Of a stretch of DNA of 33,969 bases, positions 1 through 10,711 are shown one piece after another. The translations under genes were made by a program, and so were the position numbers. Positions within the stretch are counted from its first letter, which is position 1; each line of letters starts with the position of its first letter. The notes under the pieces are model-generated. The model saw only the letters and a list, made by a program, of their open reading frames with translations, had not been told where the DNA came from and searched no databases. The stretch is from positions 39,636,415-39,670,383 of the forward strand of contig NC_068987.1 in the NCBI RefSeq assembly GCF_001194135.2, in the 5' to 3' direction. The stretch is from Octopus bimaculoides (Eukaryota).

Positions 1-59
1 TATATATACATATAATATATAGACACACACACACACACACACACATATATGTATGCATG

Positions 60-381
60 TACATATGTAATGTGAGATAATAGTTTCACTATGTATATAT
101 TATATACATAGTGGAAGTATTAATAGTGAAACTATTAAAACTGAAACTATTATCACACATTACAATAGAGATGTTATTCTTTCACTTTTGACACATAATA
201 CCATAATGGTGTAAGAGATTGCTCCAGGCTCGCATTAGACAACAAGTCAAATAATTTTTTGGACCATGACAATCCATGGACCCTAAGTAGTGGATGTGTA
301 AAATTTGAAAGAAATCAATTGGCTAGTTCTTGAGTTTTAGTGATGCACACATACAAACACAAAGACAGATAAACATTCTCA

Positions 382-420
<39 letters not shown>
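60..420 (-). mobile_element. Non-autonomous Helitron-like repeat, 5' portion
   Basis: The minus strand reads (TA)n-AAAACTGAGAATGTTTATCTGTCTTTGTGTTTGTATGTGTGC..., which resembles the TATATATAAAA + (CTGT/GT)n start of non-autonomous Helitrons. It has no coding capacity and I did not identify a 3' end. Confidence 0.45.
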
Positions 421-424
<4 letters not shown>

Positions 425-1133
425 AAATATGCTGCGAGTGAGAAGACCTAGCATGCGAAGTGAGACCAAAATCCAAGGCCTCTGCCAGGGATCTAGCCAG
501 CCCACTTACACGTAACATTCCTTCATTGGACACTAAACTCCGTTTGCGAAGACCTGTTGAGGCAAGTGAAATCGGAATCGAAATCGAACTAAATTTGTAG
601 ACTGGAACCCATGCCAACATCCCTTTGAATGAACACTAAACTCGGCTTGCAAAGACCTGTTGGGGCAAGTGGAAGCGAAATTGTGATGGCACCTGTACCA
701 GTGGGGCACTAAGAGCACCATCCGAGCGTGATCGTTGCCAGAGCACCAGCTGTCTGGCTTCCGTGCCGATGGCAAATAAATAGCACCATTTGAGCATGAT
801 CATTACCAATGTTGCCCTCCTGGCACGTGTAAAGACATTTGAGCGAGATCGTTGCCAGTACCGCTGGACTAGCACACTGCAGGTGGCATGTAAAATACAC
901 CATTTTGAGCGTGGCTGTTGCCAGTACCGCCTGACTGGCCTTCGTGCCGGTGGCACGTAAAAGCACCCACTACTCTCTCGGAGTGGTTGGTGTTAGGAAG
1001 GGCATCCAACTGTAAAAATCTGCCAAATCAAATTGGAGCCTGGTGTAGCCACCTGGTCCACCAGTCCTCAGTCAAATCGTCCAACCCATGCTAGCATGGA
1101 AAGTGGACGTTAAATGATGATGATGATGATGAT
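421..1133 (+). mobile_element. RTE-clade LINE, 5'-truncated 3' end (last ORF2 codons + tandem-repeat 3' UTR + (GAT)n tail)
   Basis: Homologous to 4478-5258 and 13760-14185, and to the ORF2 end of the long RTE at 28385-31888 (WKYAVREKT-like end). It ends in CCATGCTAGCATGGAAAGTGGACGTTAAA(TGA)n and starts directly after a (TA)n tract. Confidence 0.85.
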
Positions 1134-1328
1134 ATATATACGTGTGTGTGTGTGTGTGTACACACACAAACATATATATATATANNNNNNNNNNNNNNNN
1201 NNNNNNNNNNNNNNNNNNNNNNNNNNNNNNNNNNNNNNNNNNNNNNNNNNNNNNNNNNNNNNNNNNNNNNNNNNNNNNNNNNNNNNNNNNNNNNNNTATA
1301 TATGTACATATATATATGTACATATATA

Positions 1329-2894
1329 CACCTTGTCTGAAGATATTATGCAAATTGGTTTTTTAAAAATTAAATGAATGTGCATGTACACAGGAAATTT
1401 TAGGATGTTGGTACAAATGCTCTTTCTTAATTGTGGCTAAAATTTGACATACATCTGATCTATTTTTCATGAGTAATTGAGAATTTACTGAAATTGGCTG
1501 TCTGAAGTTATGCAAATGTTGGAATTTATATTTTTAGAATGTTAATAATACGTTTTTGTTAGTTTGCAGGTCATAATATAATCATGGGTAAAAAGAAAGA
1601 TATTACAGCATTTGAGAAACAGAAAATAACTTAGCTTTTAAGTGATGGCATGACCTCTTTAAACATCTTGAAGCAGCTTGGCTGAGATCATCGAACAATC
1701 AAGAAAACAATTGAAGATATAACAAAGAACAGAAAACCAAGGTCTTGAAAGGGGTTCAAGAACTTGTCCACGAGAGATAAATGTCAGCTGAAACGCATTG
1801 TCACTAAAAACCTTATCACTACTCAGTAGTGATAAGGTATTTAATATTGCTGAGATTCTTGGAGTAAAGAGAGACAAAAGGTGCAGAGTCCTTCACAACA
1901 TTGGTTCTGTGAAAAAAATCTCCTCGCCAGCTTCCTATATCTCCAATTAATATTGATAAATGTCTAAAGTGGGTAAGAAAGTACTTAAAAACAGGTTTCA
2001 GAAACATCATATTCACTGACAAATTGCACATCACATTAGATGGTCCAGATGGATGGGCTAAAGGATGGCTTCTGCCAGGCTAAGATGCTCTTATGATGAG
2101 AAGATGGCAACAAGGAGGTGGTGATGCAATGATATGGGCTTGTATTGTTAATAGAACCATCATTGGACCATTTAAAGGTGACAAAGGTGTAAAACTCAAC
2201 AGTACTAAATATTGTGAATTCTTGGATCAAACTTTCTTTGAATGGTACAAAAGTCAGCTTCACAGTTTCAAGATAAAGTGTATGTTTATGCATGACAATG
2301 CTCCATCACATGCTTCTCGCCTAACTCGTGAGTTTCTTGAGCGCAAACGATTTGCTGAAGACAAAATAATGGAGTGGCCACCGTCAAGCCCTGACTTGAA
2401 CCCAATAGAAAACCTCTGGTCAATCGTCAAACAGAAACTCTATGAAGGAGGCAAACAGTACAACAGTAAGGTAAAACTGTAGGATGCTATACAAAGTATT
2501 ACAGCTGCAGTTTCACCAGATCAAAGTGGAAAATTAACAAATTCGATGGACAACAGATTAGTAATGTTGATTGAAAAGAAAGGTCGTTATATCAACATGT
2601 AAAGTGTTTCAACTACATATTAAAACATTGTTCTTTGAATTAGTAAAAAGTTCATAATGAGTTCATATATTTTAATTGTCCTGATATGCAGAGCAAATAA
2701 CAATTCCAACATTTGCATAACTTAAGACAGTCAATTTCAGTAAATTCTCAATTACCCATGCAAAACAGATCAGAACTATGTCAAATTTTAGCCACAATTA
2801 AGTAAGTACCAACATCCTAAAATTTCAGCTTCCTATGTACATGTACATTCATTTTATTAAAAAAAACCCGATTTGCATATCTTCAGACAAGGTG
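1329..2894 (+). mobile_element. Tc1/mariner DNA transposon, DD37E (TRT-like), full length with ~200-bp TIRs
   Basis: TA|CACCTTGTCTGAAGATA...TATCTTCAGACAAGGTG|TA, with TA at 1327-1328 and 2895-2896. Inverted homology extends over about 1329-1530 and 2700-2894. It encloses a decayed transposase ORF. Confidence 0.95.
1584..2602 (+). pseudogene. Tc1-family transposase pseudogene (stops and frameshift)
   Basis: Starts MGKKKDITAFEKQKI. Catalytic motifs are FTD..TLDGPDGW, MFMHDNAPSHAS and WPPSSPDLNPIENLW, with 37 residues between the second D and the E. In-frame stops occur at ~1611, ~1683 and 2480. The span is 1019 nt. Confidence 0.95.
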
Positions 2895-2913
2895 TATATT
2901 TGCACACACAAAC

Positions 2914-2962
<49 letters not shown>

Positions 2963-2980
2963 CATTCATATATATATATA

Positions 2981-3913
2981 TATATAACAGAGTTTGTATG
3001 TATGTATATGTTCCTTATGTATATGTTCCTTATGTATTCCAAAACCGAGTTGCCAAGCTGGGGTATCAAAAGATTCAGTACTATTTTGGCTACCAACTAA
3101 ACATTATTTTCGTTCACATATTTGCATTACAACAATTTAACATTATAATCGTTTCCATAAGTTAACTATCGTAAACATTTTATATAACAATGATGACGTC
3201 ACATTCCCTCTATGAGTGTGTACCTTAAATGACATCGATCATCACGACACACACCTTCACTCATTATCTCTCTTTCTCTGTCTCTCTCTTTCACACATCC
3301 GTTTCATATACATGTACATACATCTTTCATTTCTCATCTCCTTCAGTTTCTGTTCTCTCTCTACTTTTCGCTTTCTCTTTTCTGTCAATTTCTGCTCTCT
3401 TCAAAGCATAAAGAAACAAATTTTTATGGAATGAGTGAGAGAAACACAGAATGAGAAAAAGACAAAGAGATGAGAGAAAGAAACAGAGACAGAAAACAAG
3501 TTTCTATAGGACAAGTTGAAAGACAGGGATAGCGGGTGAGAGAGGGACACTAATGTTTCATACCCTATGTATGTTCTGTCGCTGAAAGTGAAAGAAAGCC
3601 GGCAGAAAGTTGATACTGTATGTATGTTCTATAGGTGAAGGTGAAAACAAGCTGGCACAAAGAGAGGGGGAAAATGGGAGAGAAGGAGACACTGAGAACC
3701 CCAGAAATGAGGTTGGGTTGCACAATTTTCAGGTCATTTTCACTTTCATCCCATGTTTCATGCATGAGTAGAATTGGACATTATCTCTCTCTTTCAATTT
3801 CTCATTATAATCACGGAGACCTTATGTTGTCAACATGTTACAACTTCACTAATTTCATTTCCTTCTTTTGGAATTAAGAAAGGTATGCAAACATAACTTC
3901 CTTTCGCGCGCGT

Positions 3914-3988
<75 letters not shown>

Positions 3989-4300
3989 GAGTTAAAGTTC
4001 AGTATGAATTATGTTATTTCTTGCTGTGCACTAAATTCAAGTTCAAATCCTATGGAAATTACCTTTTCCTATTCTGTCATTCCTGTTTGTGATGAGCGTA
4101 TTTCAAAACCTGATATTCCATTTAAACTTACAAGGAAGTTATCTCAGATATCCTGTCCTTTACCTGTTGTTTCTAGCATGTCCAAGATGACATCTGCATA
4201 CCCACCCACACATAATTCTTTCCTCAATTTACTCACATTCCTATGTCTTCCATACAGGAGATTTGCATTTCGCCCGAAAGTGGGTAGCTGATGGTGGCCG
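2981..4300 (+). mobile_element. Possible non-autonomous Helitron derivative with a PIF1-helicase remnant
   Basis: Begins at (TA)n followed by ...GTATGTATGTATATGTTCCTTAT. 4109-4138 encodes PDIPFKLTRK, resembling the xDxPFKLxRxQFP motif of PIF1/Helitron helicases. The boundaries are uncertain. Confidence 0.35.
3915..3979. repeat. (CA)n microsatellite
   Basis: About 32 uninterrupted CA units. Confidence 0.95.
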
Positions 4301-4477
4301 AGGTGGGAGAAGGGGCATTCAGTATTTCTTTCAGAAAAATTAAACTTTCAAAACCAAATTATATTTTCCAGATTTGTAATCTCTGTATTTTTTCATGTAG
4401 ATAAAAAACAAAATTCGAAAAACAGTTAAAAATTAGGAAATTTTGGTGGGGAGGGGGAGAAATTATAATTTTGAAAA

Positions 4478-5258
4478 CGTAGACCCAGGAAGACCTGGGA
4501 TGAGGTGGTGAAGCACAACCTTCGAACATTAGGCCTCACCGAGACCTTTGGAAATATGCTGTGCGTAAGAAGACCCTGCAAGCCAAGTGAAACCATAATC
4601 CGAGGCTTCTGCCAGGGGTGTAGCCAGATGCGTACCTTTCCTTCATTGGACACTAAACTCCGCTTGCAAAGACCTGTTGAGGCAAGTGAAATCGAAATTG
4701 AACAAAATTCGACAACTGGCACCCATGCCAACGTCTCCTTCATTGGACACTGAACTCAGCTTGCGAAGACTTATTGGGGCAAGTGACAGTGAAATCGTGA
4801 TGGCACCTGTACCAGTGGAGCGCTAAGAGCACCGTCCAAGCGTGATCGTTGCCAGAGCAGCTGTTTGGCTTCCGTGCCAATGGCACGTAAGTACCACCAT
4901 TTGAGTGTGATCGTTACCAGCATCGCCTTACTGGTACTTATGTTGGTGGCACGTGAAAAGACATTTGAGCGAGGTTGTTGCCAGTGCTGCTTGACTGGCT
5001 CCTGTGCAGGTGGCACATAAAATACACCATTTTGAGCATGGCCGTTGCCAGTACCACCTGACTGGCCTTCGTGCCGGTGGCATGTAAAAGCACCCACTAC
5101 ACTCTTAGAGTGGTTAGTGTTAGGAAAGGCATCCAGCTGTAGAAACTCTGCCAAATCAGATTGGAGCCTGGTGTAGCCACCTGGTCCACCAGTCCTTAGT
5201 CAAATCGTCCAACCCATGCTAGCATGGAAAGTGGACGTTAAACGATGATGATGATGAT
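4478..5258 (+). mobile_element. RTE LINE 3' fragment
   Basis: Encodes RPRKTWDEVVKHNLRTLGLTE (ORF2 C-terminus). This is followed by the same repeat-containing 3' UTR and (GAT)n tail as 421-1133. Confidence 0.9.
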
Positions 5259-5632
5259 TTCTGGGCAAAATCATATTAACCCCTTTTTATTTGATGAAAC
5301 AGTACATAGTTTGTGATCCTTCTTAAGAACATAAATCACTTTCATGCAAATTGTACCCTTGGCCCTTCACTTCTGGACAAACAATAACTTCCACTATGCC
5401 AGTAATCAACTCCACTATATATCAGCCAACAAAATGCATTGCACTTATCAACACAGAACATAGCTAAATCATTGAGAGTTTATCCCTTCTCATAATAACG
5501 GTATACAAATTGACATATGAATTTTTCCACATCTCTTCATTTGTTACTAAAAAATTAAATTATATAATGCACAACTTCAAATTGGTATGTCTTCCATCTT
5601 ATATGTTCCTTAATTGTTTGCTCTCTTCAGCC

Positions 5633-8035
5633 ATGCCACCAAAATGAAGACATCTAATTTATCTCTACAAACAAGGGCTGCAAAGAAAACTGTCTCTATT
5701 CGTGCTCAAGAAAACTCACTTCAGCATGAATGGCACCTACTCTCTAATAGACAAAGAGATGCAGCAATGTAAGCGTCAGAGTCTTACACTGAACGATTGT
5801 AATGACTTTTGAAAACCAGGTATAGAATAACAGCAACATAGGCATCCAAGTCTGAGGTAGACCACCAAGTGTGTCTTCTTCATAATCAGTACACTCCAGA
5901 AGCAATGTGAGCAGCTGTGTCTCAGAAAGCACATTCGACACGTTTACTATAAAACAGACGTACAACTGCGGCAACTCTATCTGCTGAGTCTCAGGAACAC
6001 CGTTTGGCAAGCTTTAGACTGAACTGATGTAGAACTGCAACAAGCTGAGCAGCTGAGTCTCACCAGCAGCATGCCCACTGCCTCTTACAAGCATCCAATA
6101 GGGTTAGGGTTAGAGTTACAAGCATCTATTAGGATAAATTGTAGTTTAGTGTTACTATAATGAGTTTGAGTGTCTAACATATAATGCCTGCTGCCCCATA
6201 CATATACCAATGGAAGGTGCATTTTGCAAAGAGAAATTGGCTCTCAGATATGATCCTAATTTAGATTACAGTGAAGATCCTGCTGTAAGAGTAGGAGGGC
6301 TATTGCATCAGAGCAGGTTCTGTGGAGCAAAGAAGTTTACGTGTGAAAGTCCTGGAATGTGTTGCTCTGGAGACAAGGTTCAGATTCCTGTTTTACAACC
6401 TCCTCCACAGCCATTATTCAACTTGCTAGATGGGTGTACTGCAGAATCAAAGCACTTCCTCTCCAACAGTTAATGCTAAAATTCCACTTTCCAGATGACA
6501 TTTTTTGGCGTAACTAAACAAATAGCAAAGGAAGGATTTCAGATGACATTCAGGGCAAAAGCTTATCTGACTATGGCATCCCGACACCTTCAGCTGAACA
6601 TCACGGCCTTTCAAAAGAAGTCATTCAAGAAAAAGCATACAACCTGGATGCCCTGAAAAGGCAACTTGATGAAAGTGAACCATTATTGCAAGCTGAGAAA
6701 AGGTCTGTTTACAATGAAATAGTAGTATCTACCTTGCAAGAAGAAGGATGCCTTTCCTTCACTGATGCACCAAGAGGAGCAAGGGAAACATTTCTACTTA
6801 ATCTACTTCTGGCAAAAATAAAGCAGGTGGGAAACATAGCGATTGCAGTCGCATCATTAGGGATAGTGGCAACTTTGTTAACAGGTGGACGAACAGCTCA
6901 CTCAACATTTAAACAGGCTTTCAATTTGACTACAACAAATGCCCAAAGGTGCAATATTTCAAAACAATCACTGACAGTGAAAGTTCTGCTCCAAACTACA
7001 CTTATTTTCTGGGATGAATGCATGATGGCACAGTGTGGTGCACTAGAAACCCTAGATGGATTACTAAGGGATATTAGAAACAATACTGCCATTATGGGGG
7101 GCTTAACTGTTGTCCTTGGGATTTCCGTCAAATATTACCAGTCATACCATGGAGTATGCAGGCTGACAAGATCTATGCATGTCTGAAGTCTTCACCTCTG
7201 TGGAGGTTTGTTTGTCAGCTTTCATTAAGCAAGAATATGTGAGCTCATTACTTCAACAACCCCTTAGCTGAGGAATTCTTTCATCAACTTCTACAAATTA
7301 GAAATGGTGCCTTACCGTTGAATAACACTCTGCAGCAGCATGTACTGCAATGTGGGCACATGGTGTCTACATTGGCTGAGCTAAAAGAAAAGGTATTTCT
7401 CATTTTGCAAAGCAGAGAGAGAGAGAGAGAGAGCTATTTTAGCACCTCGGAATGAAAGTGTTGATAAAGTAAACCATGAACTCTTCCATATTCTACCTGG
7501 AGATGTTTCAACGTTTGTTTCCATTGATACTACCATCAATGAACATACCACTGTTGAGTATCCAGCTGAATTTCTCAACTCTCTGCAACTCACAGGACTT
7601 CCACTGCATAAGTTGTTTCTAAAGAAAGGTGCACCTATCTTGCTCTTGGGGAATTTGAACCCACCACAATTATACAACGGTACAAGATTGATTGTAACTA
7701 TAATGACAAGTCATGTCTTAGAAGCAACCATTATTGCCAGCTGCCATCGAGGAGAGCTCGCATACATTCCATGTATGTGCCTTATTCCCTCAAATGTGCC
7801 ATTTCAATTCAAGTGCCTCCAGTTCCCAGTGCTATTGTGCTTTGCTACGACAATCAACAAAAAGCCCAGGGTCAAACTTTAAAAATCGTGGGTCTCAATT
7901 TACAAATACCCTACTTTTCTCATGGACAACTGATATGTTGCATGCTCTCGAGTTAGCAGTGCAGATGACTTGTATATTTATTCTACCAACACAGGACTTA
8001 TGTGAAATATAGTTTACCCAGAAGCTTCACTTAAC
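5633..8035 (+). mobile_element. Helitron A: decayed RepHel ORF (N-terminal region + PIF1 helicase; Rep/HUH domain deleted)
   Basis: Starts MPPK at 5633. A Zn-finger-like block reads RYDPNLDY...FCGAKKF..ESPGMCCSGDKVQIP. Helicase motifs include DAPRGARETF (degenerate Walker A), VASLGIVATLLTGGRTAHSTFK, IFWDECMM, YPAEFLNSL, LKKGAPILLL.NLNPPQLYNGTRL and TINKAQGQTL...FSHGQL. There are many stops and frameshifts. Confidence 0.92.
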
Positions 8036-8366
8036 ACATGTTGAAGTGTGCAGTCTGCCCAAACATTACAGAGATGATGATTTTCAAAATGAAGCAGCTT
8101 TCTTTCCCTGTACCTTACTTTCTGCAATACGGATACCTCTACGTCCTCACACGTCATCTAATTCTTTACATCCATAAGTCTAGGTCATTTTGGGGGCAAT
8201 GTTAGGATTCAGCCTGAACATAAGTTGGTAAGAATAGAAGTCATTTGACGACAATTTTTGTTTGTAATTGGCTCTCCTGTTGCAGGTTCAATCTGTGGAA
8301 TATTGAAATACACCCATCTTGTCCATTCCACAAAATAAGAGGATGCTGGAGAGTATCATAAGAGAG

Positions 8367-8565
8367 ATCATCATCATCATCATCGTCGTTTAACGTCCGC
8401 TTTCCATGCTAGCATGGGTTGGACGATTTGACTGAGGACTGGTGGACCAGGAGGCGACACCAGGCTCCAATCTGATTTGGCAGAGTTTCTACAGCTGGAT
8501 GCCCTTCCTAACGCCAACCACTCCGAGAGTGTAGTGGGTGCTTTTACGTGCCACCGGCATGAGGG
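8367..8565 (-). mobile_element. RTE LINE short 3' end nested in Helitron B
   Basis: (CAT)n tail followed by the reverse complement of the RTE terminus. Removing it rejoins the Helitron codons SETH|xSYD. Confidence 0.9.
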
Positions 8566-9393
8566 ATGAGTCTCTGAAACACATTTAAGGTTATTATCTT
8601 GAGCATGAATGAGAATATCACGATTTTCATAGGGATCATAAGGATGGCTACTTCATTAGATGTGGACTCATTAAAATGATGTACATGTTCACCATGAGGT
8701 CGTTTGTCAGTGTGGATAAAAATTTGACAATCACCTTGAGGTCGTTGTTCAATAGCTGTTTTAAAGGTCTGAACCAGGGCATTGTTTTTATGCTACATAT
8801 TTTGCAATTGATGAACAATATTTATATCCAAATTTCTGAAGTTTTGACACCTCCTTTAGGTTTATTGTTCTACATCACTCATAAAGTAAATTTGGAGGAA
8901 TTTTGGTTGTTCATTTGTGGGTAACAGGGAACCAATGAGGTGATGGATTTGTCCTTGAACTTTGAATGTTGGCATAAATCCGTGTTCAACTATCTCCTTA
9001 GATGCATCAAACGATGTCATTTGAAATGCAAAGTTGTATTGTCTGATATTGTTCAGAAAATCCCTTGACTGGATAGAGTGCTTTCCAGAAGATCCATATG
9101 AGGTTGAGTAGGAACTGGTTGTGCTGGCAATGTTACCTTACCAGCTGAGCAGCACATGCCCTTTGTTTCATTTGGAAATTTTAAAGTTTTGCATAAACGA
9201 CAATTTGAGTTTAGCAGACCATATTTGGACAGGGTTACCATTTTACAAGGATGGGATCGATCATATCTGAAAGCAGCTGCAGGAGTTGTGAAGAACAAAT
9301 TTGGATGTGGTCTGTTTCTGGGAGTTATTCTATTGGACCTATGTCTAACCTGGCAGGCTAAATGTTGTTGTAATGATTCAGCATTAAGTGCTG

Positions 9394-9655
9394 CAGGATG
9401 CCTTTGTTGATCATGAGAAAGTCTCACCTCCCTTCTCTCTTGAGACTCCATTTGATGTGCTGCAGCATGCCTTTACTAATCTTGAGAAAGTTTCATCTCC
9501 TTTCTGTCTTGAGACTTCATCTGATGTACCGCAGCATGCTTTTGCTGATCATGGGAAAGTCCCATCCCCCTTCTCTCTTGAGACTCCATTTGATGTGCTG
9601 CAGCATGCTTTTGCTGATCTTGAGAAAGTCTCAGCTCCCTTCTGTCTTGAAACTC
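9394..9655 (-). repeat. 69-bp (23-codon) tandem repeat x~4 inside Helitron B
   Basis: The CAGCATGC anchor recurs at 9394 (variant), 9463, 9532 and 9601. The minus-strand unit is approximately ESQERREVRLSHDQQRHAAAHQM. Confidence 0.9.
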
Positions 9656-10548
9656 TCACCTCCAGTTTTCTACAATCCTCCTTGCTTTATACGTGTTTCT
9701 GGAGAGATTATGTCTTTTCTTTGGTGGCATATTTGTTTCAATACTATAAACAAAGATTACGAACATAGGAAAAATTATACATTAATTTCTACTTTTTGTA
9801 AGCAGTTGGATGTATGTAGTATGTCTATATTTTTGTATGAAGTGAAAATTAATGAAATATAAGCAAATTAACAAAACAGAAGCACATGTATTAACTGCTA
9901 ATTTAATGGTAAATAAGTATCTGTATATACCTTGCACCTGTCACAATAATTATTATAGATGAATTTCTTAATATATACATTAAGCGCATGAATTAAATGT
10001 TAATGTAAGGGTAAATATATAAGTGTAAATACCTTGCAACTGCTGCGATAATTATTAACTGGTAATTGGGCGGTAAATGTGTATTTTTATATATCTTAAG
10101 ACAGATACACACAGACATACATCGCTTTTCACCTCATTGTTTTTGTCAGTCATCACATATGTATGTGTATGTGAAGATGCATGTCTGTTGCAAACACGCA
10201 TATAGCTTTCCCCTTCAATTTTTTTTGTCAGTCGTAACATATGGACACACACACATATACTAAGAGACACACACACATATACTAAGAGACACACACACAT
10301 ACATTCACATATTTCAGTCATCACATGTATAGGTAGATATGTGTGTATGTTTAATTCTTTGAGGCCTAATGTACGTAGTGACGCACAAACAAACACACAC
10401 TCGTAGACACATACACACTCATATACAAAATGTGACTTCATTGTTGTTGTGGTATAAAATGTTGTTTACTATAGTTGACTACAGAAGGATTATTTTAGGA
10501 AAAATTTTATATTGTTTTAATCCAAATGAAAAAAAAAATTACATTGTA

Positions 10549-10711
10549 GGTGCAGGAGTGGCTGTGTGGTAAGTAGCTTGCTTACCAACCGCATGGTTCC
10601 GGGTTCAGTTCCACTGTGTGGCACCTTGGGCAAATGTCTTTTATTATAGTCTCAGGCCGACCAAAGTCTTGTGAGTGGATTTGGTAGACGGAAACTGAAA
10701 GAAGCCCGCCG
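10549..10711 (+). mobile_element. tRNA-derived SINE, family A (head; runs into gap)
   Basis: A-box-like TGGCTGTGTGG at 10559-10569 and B-box-like GGTTCAGTTCC at 10602-10612, then CCTTGGGCAAATGTC. Homologous to 31893-32049 and 33233-33377. Confidence 0.85.

Larger units (their letters stand above)
8150..9730 (-). mobile_element. Helitron B: decayed N-terminal half of RepHel (repeat region, Zn finger, Helitron_like_N region)
   Basis: The minus strand starts MPPKRK at 9730. It continues with 23-aa repeats, then CRLCKTLKFPNETKGMCCSAGKV, NNIRQYNFAFQMTSF, GFMPTFKVQGQIHHLIGSLLP..EQPKFLQIYF, DKRPHGEH...NEVA and SETH/SYDTLQHPLILW.GQDG. Confidence 0.9.

Noticed and set aside
705-968. Regularly spaced ~60-bp repeats resembling a CRISPR array
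   Set aside because: The whole units are homologous with no unique spacers, they recur inside every RTE 3' UTR copy, there are no cas genes, and the context is eukaryotic.
315-1391. ORF-track entries with IYIYIY, THTHTH or X runs (also at 10582, 15014, 19901, 24947 and 33182)
   Set aside because: They are translations of (TA)n/(CA)n microsatellites or read-through across N-gaps, not genes.
3040-3075. Weak inverted similarity between 3040-3075 and the hammerhead region at 33805-33845
   Set aside because: It needs several gaps over ~35 nt and has no hammerhead core, so it is most likely chance.
4204-4320. Good-looking splice acceptor (…TCTTCCATACAG|GAG) at ~4257 followed by a Gly/Arg-rich frame
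   Set aside because: There is no convincing donor or recognisable peptide, and it lies within a probable Helitron remnant.
9388-9862. Plus-strand ORFs of 126 and 154 aa
   Set aside because: They are antisense or alternate frames of the Helitron 69-bp repeat array.
10549-10625. tRNA gene
   Set aside because: A/B boxes are present, but there is no acceptor-stem closure and it continues into a SINE body found three times in the window.
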